From the NCBI RefSeq assembly GCF_002945325.1, contig NZ_CP026606.1:240001-272000 (forward strand): 32,000 bases of DNA, in the 5' to 3' direction. The first letter of the stretch is position 1, and the number at the start of each line of letters is the position of its first letter. A program made the translations under genes and the position numbers. This stretch comes from Methanococcus maripaludis. Lineage in GTDB: Archaea > AGJL01 > Methanococci > Methanococcales > Methanococcaceae. Positions 15,390 through 24,941 of the stretch are shown here, piece after piece. The notes beneath the pieces were generated by a model. The model was given only the letters and a program-made list of their open reading frames with translations. It did not search any database and was not told the DNA's origin.

Positions 15390-18170
15390 TTATGTAGAAA
15401 TTTCAGTTAAAACTGTTGCATGTTTGCCGGATTTTTTATGTCTTTTATATACTTTCAAAAGTTCATGCGCTCCCAAAAATACAAATGATGCCAACAACAC
15501 GTAAGCCCAGTCGACAAGCCCCATCGGTGCAAAACCAATCATTTTGTTTATCGGCGAAACGTATATCGCGGTAAGCGTAAATACTATGGAAATTAGTATC
15601 GAATAAATCATATTCATGTTTGTAAAGAGTGTTCTGCTAAATAAGGTTTCGTAAGAGTATCTTCGTGAAAGAATATTCATAAACTGGCAGAATGCAATTG
15701 TAGAATAGCTTATCGTAGTTGCAAGAGGGTATACTCCGGCAATTTGCGTCAATTCAAGGTCATTTCTAAAAATAAATAGTCCAAAGTTTAAAAATGCTAA
15801 AAAACCCATTAAAAATCCAAAAAACAAGATTTCTGAGATTGCATATTTATTTAAAACGTGTTCTTCTTTTCTCCGAGGTGGTGCATTCATTATATCTCTT
15901 GATGCAGGATCGAAAGTTAATGCAGTTAACGGTAAAATTTCTGCAAGAAGGTCGATTGCAAGTATCTGAATCGTTAATATGGGCATTGGCCAGCCCATAT
16001 ATGCAACAGCAAGTAAACCAATTAAAACTATTGTCAATTCTCCCCCATTACTTGTAAGAGATGCAATAATCGTTTTTGTAAGATTATTATAGATTGTACG
16101 CCCTTCCCGAATTGCATAAACTAACGTTGTAAAACTGTCATCGAGTAAAATAAGTTCAGATGCTTCTTTTGATACGTCCGTACCAATTTTTCCCATTGCA
16201 ACCCCAATATGGGAACTTTTAAGAGCTGGAGCATCATTTACCCCATCGCCAGTTACTGCAACAATTTGACCCTGTTCTTTTAGTGTTTTTACGATCCTAA
16301 GTTTGTTTTCAGGCGAAGTTCTCGAAAATATCAGTGCATCATTTTCAGCCATGTTTTGTTTTAACTCATCATCAGGCATTGAATCGAGTTCTTTTCCAGT
16401 TATAACTTTTACTTCCCTCCCGCCGTCTGCTAAAAAAATCTGTTTTCCAACAGCCTGTGCAGTTATAGCGTGATCTCCGGTCATAATATATGTTTTTATA
16501 TGTGCTTCGTGTGCTTTTTTTATTGCATCTTTCACACCCTCTTTTGGAGGATCACTCATTGCCATTAAACCTAAAAAAACCATGTCTTTTTCAGTGTTTT
16601 CAACAGAATATTCTCCCCCATTGTTTTCCAATTCCCGATATGCGAATGCAAGAACCCTCATTGCTTTTTTTGAATACTGGATATTTAATTCGTTTAACAT
16701 TTCAATATCTTCTTTTTTTAATTCAACAACTTTTCCATCCTTATAAATATATTTACTAACTGAAAGAACACTATCAAGTGCTCCTTTCATCATTAACATC
16801 TTTTTATCATTAAAAAGCCTAATAGAACTCATTCTTTTTCGAACAGAATCAAAACTAAACTCCTGAATTTTAGGATATTTTTCATCTTCATTTAGCGACA
16901 TTATATTTAATTTTCTAGCCGCCGTTATCAGAGCAGCTTCGGTCGGGTCTCCAATTGGGTACCATCCATAGTGATTTTCGTCAGGCTCGTGAATTTTTGC
17001 ATTTGAAGCCATTGTAGCCGTATTGAATATTAATTCGATATTTGAAAAACCTGATTCGTCCAACTCATTTTTCGATGCATCAAGAATCGTACCTTTTGGT
17101 TCATATCCGACACCTGTTATTTCATACTCTTTTCCATCAAACCAGATGCTTCTAACAGTTATTTCATTTTTGGTTAATGTTCCGGTTTTATCAGTTGTAA
17201 TTACGTTTGTCGAACCGAGTGTTTCAACTGCTGAGAGTTTTTTTATTACTGCATTTTTCTTTGCAAGTTTAGAAACTCCGTTTGCAAGAGCCACCGTTAT
17301 CTGCATGGGAAGGGCCTGCGGAACTATCGCAACTGCAATTCCAAGTCCGTAAATTAAACCAAATTTTAACCCCAAACCTTGATTTAAACTTATTAAAAAA
17401 AGTATTGATGCAATAACTACTGCAAAAATGGTAATTTTGTTTGCAATATTGCTGAGTTCTACCTGTAACGGTGATTTTGCAAGTTTTTCTTCCCGCGTGA
17501 GGTTTGCAATTCTTCCAAGTTCAGTAGCCATCCCTGTTGCCACAACAACTCCTTTAGCATTTCCTGTAGCAATATTTGTACCCAAGTAAACCATATTTGT
17601 ACGATCTGCAACCCCTACTTCAGAATCAAGCGCCTCAGTATCTTTTTCCTGGGGCATTGATTCACCAGTAAGTGAAAAATCATTTGTACTTAAATTATAA
17701 GATTCAATAAGCCTGATGTCAGCAGGTACTTTGTCGCCTTCGTCAAGATGTACAATATCTCCGACAACCAGCAACCCTTGCGAAATTTCTTTTAATTCTC
17801 CGTCACGGTAAACTTTTGAAGGGGATTGTATAAGTTTTTTTAAAGAATCCATGATATTTTCAGCCTTATTTTCTTGATAATACCCAATTACTGCATTTAT
17901 TATCACAATTAATGCCATTATTGTTCCATCACGGTAATTACCAATTAAAAAAGAAACTGCCGATGCAAAAATTAAAACTGCTGCAAAAACGTCTTTAAAC
18001 TGAAATAAAAATTTTAACCATTTTGGAAGCCTAATTTCTGCATTTAATTCATTTTTTCCAAAAGTATTCAGCCGATTTTCAGCTTCTACGTTAGAAAGTC
18101 CTGATTTTTCAGTATCTAATTTTTTAAATACCTCTGAAATAGGCATTAAATAATAATTGGTATCTAGCAT
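15390..18170 (-). CDS. P-type cation-transporting ATPase (P2-like architecture, 10 TM helices), ion specificity unclear
   Basis: 926 aa. Contains TGES, DKTGTLT, MTGDH, VTGDGVNDAPAL and an SNGGE-type TM5. TM4 reads VPQALP rather than the PEGLP of Ca-ATPases. Confidence 0.9.
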   Translation of the reverse strand: MLDTNYYLMPISEVFKKLDTEKSGLSNVEAENRLNTFGKNELNAEIRLPKWLKFLFQFKDVFAAVLIFASAVSFLIGNYRDGTIMALIVIINAVIGYYQENKAENIMDSLKKLIQSPSKVYRDGELKEISQGLLVVGDIVHLDEGDKVPADIRLIESYNLSTNDFSLTGESMPQEKDTEALDSEVGVADRTNMVYLGTNIATGNAKGVVVATGMATELGRIANLTREEKLAKSPLQVELSNIANKITIFAVVIASILFLISLNQGLGLKFGLIYGLGIAVAIVPQALPMQITVALANGVSKLAKKNAVIKKLSAVETLGSTNVITTDKTGTLTKNEITVRSIWFDGKEYEITGVGYEPKGTILDASKNELDESGFSNIELIFNTATMASNAKIHEPDENHYGWYPIGDPTEAALITAARKLNIMSLNEDEKYPKIQEFSFDSVRKRMSSIRLFNDKKMLMMKGALDSVLSVSKYIYKDGKVVELKKEDIEMLNELNIQYSKKAMRVLAFAYRELENNGGEYSVENTEKDMVFLGLMAMSDPPKEGVKDAIKKAHEAHIKTYIMTGDHAITAQAVGKQIFLADGGREVKVITGKELDSMPDDELKQNMAENDALIFSRTSPENKLRIVKTLKEQGQIVAVTGDGVNDAPALKSSHIGVAMGKIGTDVSKEASELILLDDSFTTLVYAIREGRTIYNNLTKTIIASLTSNGGELTIVLIGLLAVAYMGWPMPILTIQILAIDLLAEILPLTALTFDPASRDIMNAPPRRKEEHVLNKYAISEILFFGFLMGFLAFLNFGLFIFRNDLELTQIAGVYPLATTISYSTIAFCQFMNILSRRYSYETLFSRTLFTNMNMIYSILISIVFTLTAIYVSPINKMIGFAPMGLVDWAYVLLASFVFLGAHELLKVYKRHKKSGKHATVLTEIST

Positions 18171-18326
18171 CCCCTCCCCCCGGCAAAATACCCATTTTTA
18201 AATCATCGTTAAAATATTTTCATGCTTTTACATCTTAATTTATGTAAATACATTAATTTAAAGATTATCAAAATAGAATTTTAAATTTATATTATTAAAA
18301 CGTTAAAAAAGAAGAAAAATTCTAAG

Positions 18327-18923
18327 TTATTCAAGTGAAAATTCAATGGTTACTTCCTGATCTACTAATCGTAAGTAGTACTGTCCGGCACCAGTTCCTG
18401 CAGACATTTGGAAATCGAAAGAGTCGCTACCTAAAGGGGCAGTGATTTCAAAACAGTTCGATTCCATGCTTACATTTTCACCATTAATTGTGCAGACGTA
18501 GTCTGATTTCATTCTAAGGATGATATTTGATGCAGTGAAGTTTGTCCATGTCTCATTTAATGGAACTTTTACAATTGTACCATCAGCATAGTTTTTAATC
18601 AAGTTTGGTTTTACATTGTCCAGTGAATAAGTTACTACAGTATTATCTGTAGTATTGGTGTATGTCGCATTAAATTCATTATTGGTTACCGCAGCATTTG
18701 GGTTGATATTAATTATACCAGTAGTAAGCTTTACCAGTGCTTTATCAATTGATGTAGCGCCAAAATCTGGTGTAAATCCGCAGTAAGAACTTTCCTGAAC
18801 ATCGTTAACAGTGGTAGTCTCAAAAGCACCTTTTGAAAGATCTAATGCAACGTAAGAACCAGAGACTAAAACTGCCAGTACTAAAATAACCATCTCTATG
18901 GATAATTGTCCCCGATTGGACAT
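18327..18923 (-). CDS. Class III (type IV pilin-like) signal-peptide protein, pilin-like
   Basis: The ORF is listed to 18932 (GTG). I prefer the ATG at 18923 with GGTGA 5 nt upstream. MSNRG/QLSIEMVILVLAVLVSGSYVAL has a short basic leader, G-Q cleavage context, Glu at +5 and a hydrophobic helix. There are five N-x-S/T sequons in the mature part. Confidence 0.8.
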   Translation of the reverse strand: MSNRGQLSIEMVILVLAVLVSGSYVALDLSKGAFETTTVNDVQESSYCGFTPDFGATSIDKALVKLTTGIININPNAAVTNNEFNATYTNTTDNTVVTYSLDNVKPNLIKNYADGTIVKVPLNETWTNFTASNIILRMKSDYVCTINGENVSMESNCFEITAPLGSDSFDFQMSAGTGAGQYYLRLVDQEVTIEFSLE

Positions 18924-19139
18924 TTTAATCACCGCCGTTGAAAGTATATGTAGATTATATGGGTATATTCATTTATGTGTTTAAAATATGTCTATTCAAT
19001 AATATTAATCTTACGTATTAGTTGTATCAATTTAATAAAACCTTTAAAATTGGACTAATTAAAAAATAGATTTAAAATTTGAACTTCAAACTAAAAATTT
19101 GAAAAATGTAAACTTTATTTTGAAAATAATATAATTAAA

Positions 19140-19213
19140 CGCCCCCATCGGGATTTGAACCCGAGTCCACGGATCCGCAGTCCGCGAGGATATCCTAGCT
19201 ACCCCATGAGGGC
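19140..19213 (-). tRNA. tRNA-Arg (anticodon GCG), 74 nt, no intron, CCA not encoded
   Basis: Folded by hand. Acceptor GCCCUCA/UGGGGGC (one G-U), T arm UCGGG-UUCAAAU-CCCGA, anticodon stem GCGGA/UCCGU with loop CU-GCG-GA, and a short 4-5-nt variable loop (GGAC). Confidence 0.85.
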
Positions 19214-19317
19214 ATACTCAAATTATAATTACTTAATTTTGAGTAATCCTTTTTAATATACTCATAAAAAATATATTAATAGTTTTTGGTTATTTTAACT
19301 AATTTAAGCTAAATAAT

Positions 19318-19332
19318 TTAAAAAATAAAAAT
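19318..19332 (-). terminator. Oligo-T stretch after mfnB (minus strand TTTTATTTTTT)
   Basis: A T-rich run lies about 40 nt after the mfnB stop. Confidence 0.4.
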
Positions 19333-19369
19333 TATTTCAATTATTTTTGTAATTTAATGTTTATTGCCA

Positions 19370-20080
19370 TTAATCCTTGCAAACTTTTACTATTTCTTTA
19401 ACTAAATCTTTTTGAATTCTTCCTGCATTTCTATCTCCTTGTGTACATGCAGCACCCCTAACACCTACAATGTCGCATCCTATTTCTTTTAACATTGGAA
19501 TTTCTTCAATTTTAATTGAACCTGCAAGAGCACATTTCATTCCATATTTATGTGTTTCTTCAACAAATTCTTTGAGTAAATCTAAGTCCATGTGATCAAA
19601 AAGTGTTTTTCCATCTTTTACTGCAGTATCTAACATTGCAACGTCGCATCCTGCATCCCTTGCAACTTTTGGAATAACTAATGGATCAACTGCACCTACC
19701 CGATAAGCATCAGCATATCCTGCAGCTACAACAATTTTGTTTTCCCCTGCATCTTTTACCGCTTTTGTAACATTTTTCATTACATCAAGTGCTTCTTGGT
19801 ACGACCTTGTACCGTAAAGTCCAACTTTGATATAATCAGCACCACTTACTGTTGCCCCTAGTGCTGCAAGTGTAACGGTTCCCGGTTTATATGGAACATC
19901 GCCTATTGCAGCACTTACAAGCATTCCTTTTGGTGTTGCTTCTCTTGTTTCTTTGATTACCCATGGAAAATTTGCACCTAATGAACCTTCAGGCGGGTTT
20001 TTAACATCAATAATATCAGCACCACCTTCAATTGCTTCGTAGGCTTCAGCAACGTCTTTAGGACTTACAAGAAGTATCAT
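19370..20080 (-). CDS. mfnB: (5-formylfuran-3-yl)methyl phosphate (4-HFC-P) synthase, methanofuran biosynthesis
   Basis: 236 aa. It is near-collinear with my memory of MJ1099 (MILLVSP...[21 protein letters not shown]...DYIKVGLYG...[11 protein letters not shown]...[17 protein letters not shown]...LAGS...GVRGAAC). GGGTGA lies 4 nt upstream. Confidence 0.88.
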   Translation of the reverse strand: MILLVSPKDVAEAYEAIEGGADIIDVKNPPEGSLGANFPWVIKETREATPKGMLVSAAIGDVPYKPGTVTLAALGATVSGADYIKVGLYGTRSYQEALDVMKNVTKAVKDAGENKIVVAAGYADAYRVGAVDPLVIPKVARDAGCDVAMLDTAVKDGKTLFDHMDLDLLKEFVEETHKYGMKCALAGSIKIEEIPMLKEIGCDIVGVRGAACTQGDRNAGRIQKDLVKEIVKVCKD

Positions 20081-20284
20081 AATTTCACCCAGTGATTTCC
20101 GAATTTTACCTAAGATTATAAATATGTATTCATAGTTATTCTATCTGATTTATAATATCCAAAATTATTTAATGTATAAAAATTTAACGATTTGTATATT
20201 GTATTAATCTCTTAACAAGTAAAATTTACAAATACCTGTGATTTAACCTACAGGCAAACTATACTATATTTACTGGGTGTTAAT

Positions 20285-21538
20285 ATGGAAATTTCCCTTG
20301 TAATAGGGTACATATCCCTTTTATTTATTATCGGATCATTTATAGCCAAACTTGCTGATAGAATAGGTATCCCTGATATCCCATTACTATTGATTACAGG
20401 TTTGCTCATAGGCCCAGTATTAGGATTAATATCTCCAATTTATGCTCAAACAATTTTTTCTTTTGTTGGAACTATTGGTCTTATAATTCTTTTGCTTGTT
20501 GGCGCCTTTGAAATGAGATGGATTGTTTTAAAAAGAGTTTTAAAAACCGTTTTGAAACTCGACACTATTGGGCTGGTTATTTCACTTTTAATTTCTGGAA
20601 TAATATTTAGTTTTATATATGCACTGCCTTTCACAAACCCGATTGGATTTATTTATGGTGCTGTAAACTGTGCAACGGACCCTGCAACACTTATACCAAT
20701 ATTTTCGAAATCAGATGTTGATCCAAAAATTGCAGTAACGCTTGAAGCAGAAAGTGTATTTAACGACCCCCTTGGTATTGTTGCAACAACACTAACTCTT
20801 TCATCACTTGGACTTAGTAAAAGTGTAAATCCAATTCTTGATTTTGTTATGTTAGCATTTGGAGGCCTTGCTTTAGGTTACGTTGGAGGAAAAATATTTG
20901 AATTTGTAGTTTCAAAAGATGAATTTGGAGAATATATTGCACCATTAGGTGTTGGATCTGCAATGGCCCTATGGTTCTTTGGAGAAGACGTTGCCCCCCA
21001 TTTTTTAGGATACGGACTGAGTGGTTACATGGCTGTTGCTATTATGGGTCTTTACATTGGAAACGTAGTAACTAAAAAGCCTAAAAACTCAAAAGATATG
21101 CACAAAATGGCAGAATTCTGTACAGACCTTTCATCACTTACTAGAATATTGATATTTGTATTTTTAGGTGCAAGCATAAGCTTACCCCTCCTAAAAAGCT
21201 TTGGAATTTACGGTCTTCTTTGTGCTATCGGCACATTATTTATTGCAAGGCCAATAGGTGTTTTTATTGCAACTGCAATTCCACCTGTAAGTTCACTAAA
21301 AGAAAGAATTTATTTTGCGCTTGAAGGCCCCAGAGGAGTAGTTCCTGCGGCACTTGCGGCAATGATATACACAAATATTATGCACAACCCAGGAATAATT
21401 CCGCATTCGATAACGCAATATATGCCCCCCGAAATGATTGCAGGATCAATTCTTGTTGCGACATTTGCTACAATATTTTTAAGCGTTATTGTAGAGGCTT
21501 CTTGGGCATACCCCCTTGCAAACAAACTTTTTAAATAA
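20285..21538 (+). CDS. nhaP: Na+/H+ antiporter, CPA1/NhaP type
   Basis: 417 aa and polytopic. Contains ATDPATLIPIF and ESVFNDPLGIV (ND motif), as in archaeal NhaP. Confidence 0.85.
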   Translation: MEISLVIGYISLLFIIGSFIAKLADRIGIPDIPLLLITGLLIGPVLGLISPIYAQTIFSFVGTIGLIILLLVGAFEMRWIVLKRVLKTVLKLDTIGLVISLLISGIIFSFIYALPFTNPIGFIYGAVNCATDPATLIPIFSKSDVDPKIAVTLEAESVFNDPLGIVATTLTLSSLGLSKSVNPILDFVMLAFGGLALGYVGGKIFEFVVSKDEFGEYIAPLGVGSAMALWFFGEDVAPHFLGYGLSGYMAVAIMGLYIGNVVTKKPKNSKDMHKMAEFCTDLSSLTRILIFVFLGASISLPLLKSFGIYGLLCAIGTLFIARPIGVFIATAIPPVSSLKERIYFALEGPRGVVPAALAAMIYTNIMHNPGIIPHSITQYMPPEMIAGSILVATFATIFLSVIVEASWAYPLANKLFK

Positions 21539-21550
21539 TCCGGTGATTTA

Positions 21551-22834
21551 ATGGAGAAACATGGCAATTACGATATTAAAAAAATCTGCGTTATTGGATT
21601 AGGATATATTGGACTTCCTACAGCTTCAATGCTCGCTAACCACGGCTATGATGTTGTTGGTGTGGATGTCAACGAAAAACGAGTAAACCAGATTAAAAAC
21701 GGTGAATTAAAAATTGAGGAACCAGGACTTTTAACTCTTGTAAAGGGTGCAATAAATTCAAAAAACTTAAATGTTCGGACCTCAGCAACAGAGGCGGATG
21801 CATTTATTATTTGTGTTCCGACCCCTGCACTTGCAACGGAAGATGGATCCAAAAAATGTGATTTAAGTTATGTGATGAGTGCAGTTGAAGCAATTTTACC
21901 ATTTGTAAAAGATGGAAACTTAATAGTAATTGAAAGTACAATCCCTCCGGAAACCACTAAAAAAATTTACGAAACACTTAATAAAAAAATATACGTTGCC
22001 CACTGCCCTGAAAGAGTACTTCCCGGAAAAATATTAAAAGAACTCGTTGAAAACGACAGGATCATCGGCGGAATAAATAAAAAATCTGCCGAAATGGCAA
22101 AAGAAATCTACAAATCATTTGTAGAAGGACAAATATATACTACAAACTCAAACACTGCCGAAATGGTAAAATTAATGGAAAATACTTACCGAGACATCAA
22201 TATCGCACTTGCAAATGAATTTGCAAAGATATGTGACGAAATTGGGGTTAATGTATGGGATGCAATAAAAATTGCAAACAAACACCCGCGTGTAAACATA
22301 TTAAATCCAGGACCTGGAGTTGGAGGCCACTGTATAAGTATTGATCCATGGTTTATAGTTGAAAAAACAAATAATGCAAAATTCATACGTGCCGCAAGAG
22401 AATTAAACGATAATATGCCAGCTTACGTTTGCAACTCCGTTCTTTCCGAATTAAAAAAATTGGGAATTGAAAAACCAAAAATATCGATATTTGGTGCAAC
22501 ATACAAAGGAAACGTGGAAGATACAAGAGAAAGCCCTTCTAAAAATGTTATTAAAATGCTTTTAGAAAATGGAGCAACAGTTTCAACATATGATCCCCAT
22601 GCTAGTTATTTTGAATACCCATTAAGCACATTAGATGAATGTATTTCTGGTTCAGACTGCATTGTAGTTTTAACCGACCACGACGTGTTCAAAACCATTA
22701 AAAAAGACGATATTGATGAAATATGTCCAAAACTCAAAAATAAAATTGTCTTTGATACCAAAAATATATTAGAACATAGTTTATGGAAAAAGGCAGGTTT
22801 TACGGTTAAATTGCTTGGTAATGGGGCATGGTGA
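21551..22834 (+). CDS. wecC: UDP-N-acetyl-D-mannosamine 6-dehydrogenase
   Basis: 427 aa. N-terminal Rossmann motif [10 protein letters not shown] and the catalytic region GGHCI of the UDP-sugar dehydrogenase family are present. GGTGA lies 4 nt upstream. It is adjacent to wecB. Confidence 0.88.
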   Translation: MEKHGNYDIKKICVIGLGYIGLPTASMLANHGYDVVGVDVNEKRVNQIKNGELKIEEPGLLTLVKGAINSKNLNVRTSATEADAFIICVPTPALATEDGSKKCDLSYVMSAVEAILPFVKDGNLIVIESTIPPETTKKIYETLNKKIYVAHCPERVLPGKILKELVENDRIIGGINKKSAEMAKEIYKSFVEGQIYTTNSNTAEMVKLMENTYRDINIALANEFAKICDEIGVNVWDAIKIANKHPRVNILNPGPGVGGHCISIDPWFIVEKTNNAKFIRAARELNDNMPAYVCNSVLSELKKLGIEKPKISIFGATYKGNVEDTRESPSKNVIKMLLENGATVSTYDPHASYFEYPLSTLDECISGSDCIVVLTDHDVFKTIKKDDIDEICPKLKNKIVFDTKNILEHSLWKKAGFTVKLLGNGAW

Positions 22835-22838
22835 ATAA

Positions 22839-23939
22839 ATGTATAAAATAGGAATAATTCTTGGAACAAGACCTGAAATAATTAAAATGTCCCCGGTGAT
22901 TCGGGAACTAACTACTAAAAATTTTTTTTTGATTCATACTAATCAACATTATTCTGAAAATATGGATAAAATCTTTTTTGAAGAATTAAATCTAAAAAAA
23001 CCAGACTATAATTTAAATATCGGGTCAGGCAGTCATGGAGACCAGACTGGCAGAATGTTAATGGAAATTGAAAAAGTTCTTCTGAAAGAAAAACCCGATT
23101 TTGTACTTGTTCAAGGGGATACAAACACTGTTTTAGCCGGAGCCCTTGCTGCATCTAAATTGGGCGTAAAAATCGGCCATATTGAAGCAGGTCTTCGAAG
23201 TTTTGATAGAAAGATGCCTGAAGAAACAAACAGAGTTCTTACAGACCATATTTCAGAATTTTTATTTGCACCAACCAAAACTGCCTCGAACAATATTTTA
23301 AAAGAAGGAATTTCGGGCGAAAAAATACATATCGTTGGAAACACGATTGTGGATGCAACCATCCAAAACCTGAAAATTGCAGAAAAAAATGAAAAAGTTT
23401 GTAAATTTATATCCGAAATAACAAAAAATGAAAAATACTTTTTATTAACTCTCCACAGGGCCGAAAATACGGATAACTTCGAGATTTTATCAAAACTCGT
23501 AACTTCAATAAATAACATATCTAAAAAATATGAAAAAAACATAATTTTTCCAATTCATCCAAGAACGCATAAAAAATTAAATGAATTTGGATTAATTAAT
23601 GCACTTGAAAATAACCCTCTGATAAAAATAATTGAACCTGTTGGATACCTTGAATTTTTGGGTTTAGAAAAAAATGCAGAACTTATAATAACCGACAGCG
23701 GTGGCCTCCAGGAAGAAGCATGTATTTTAAATGTACCTTGTGTAACATTGCGGGAAAATACTGAAAGACCTGAAACTTTGGACGTAAATTCAAATATTTT
23801 AGCAGGTAGTAACCCCGAAAACATATTAAATTGTATTGAAAAAATGCTAAAATCAAATAGACACTGGAATAACCCATTTGGGGACGGAAATTCTGGAAAA
23901 AATATTGTGAACATTGTTTTTGGCGAAAAAAAGCCTTAA
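22839..23939 (+). CDS. wecB: UDP-N-acetylglucosamine 2-epimerase (non-hydrolysing)
   Basis: 366 aa. Contains ILGTRPEIIKM, VQGDTNT, HIEAGLRS, TLHRAEN, TDSGGLQEE and the RENTERPE motif. The SD GGTGA sits inside the end of wecC. Confidence 0.92.
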   Translation: MYKIGIILGTRPEIIKMSPVIRELTTKNFFLIHTNQHYSENMDKIFFEELNLKKPDYNLNIGSGSHGDQTGRMLMEIEKVLLKEKPDFVLVQGDTNTVLAGALAASKLGVKIGHIEAGLRSFDRKMPEETNRVLTDHISEFLFAPTKTASNNILKEGISGEKIHIVGNTIVDATIQNLKIAEKNEKVCKFISEITKNEKYFLLTLHRAENTDNFEILSKLVTSINNISKKYEKNIIFPIHPRTHKKLNEFGLINALENNPLIKIIEPVGYLEFLGLEKNAELIITDSGGLQEEACILNVPCVTLRENTERPETLDVNSNILAGSNPENILNCIEKMLKSNRHWNNPFGDGNSGKNIVNIVFGEKKP

Positions 23940-24031
23940 ATCAAGAATATATTTGCCCATATGGGTATATTTTTATATAGTATGTTATTCATTATATAAG
24001 TGATATTTATTTAACTTCTATCGGTGAGATT

Positions 24032-24901
<870 letters not shown>

Positions 24902-24941
24902 CTTAAATTTTTTATTTTTATCCCTGATTTTAGGTGTATCA

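Noticed and set aside
19215-19245. Inverted repeat TACTCAAA-n15-TTTGAGTA immediately 5' of the tRNA-Arg gene.
   Set aside because: It is real in the sequence but short and AT-rich. It spans the region where the tRNA promoter and TSS are expected (TATA candidate at 19254-19261), so it may not be transcribed as a unit. It is not distinctive enough to claim a function.
18327-19262. tRNA-Arg as an integration site for a mobile element carrying the pilin-like gene.
   Set aside because: There is no integrase nearby. There is also no convincing direct repeat of the tRNA 3' half; the best is an 8-nt ATTTGAAC match at about 19076, which is within chance for this composition.
22922-22930. T9 homopolymer on the coding strand 83 nt into wecB, as a possible intragenic terminator or slippage (phase-variation) site.
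   Set aside because: Comparable T6-T7 runs from Phe codons occur inside other genes here (for example 3309-3314 and 3320-3326 in the yqhA-like gene). This looks like a by-product of AT-rich codon usage.
23111-23914. 143-aa, 119-aa and 64-aa minus-strand ORFs inside wecB.
   Set aside because: They are antisense to a motif-rich, confidently assigned epimerase gene. The translations are low-complexity (Phe/Ser/Ile-rich).
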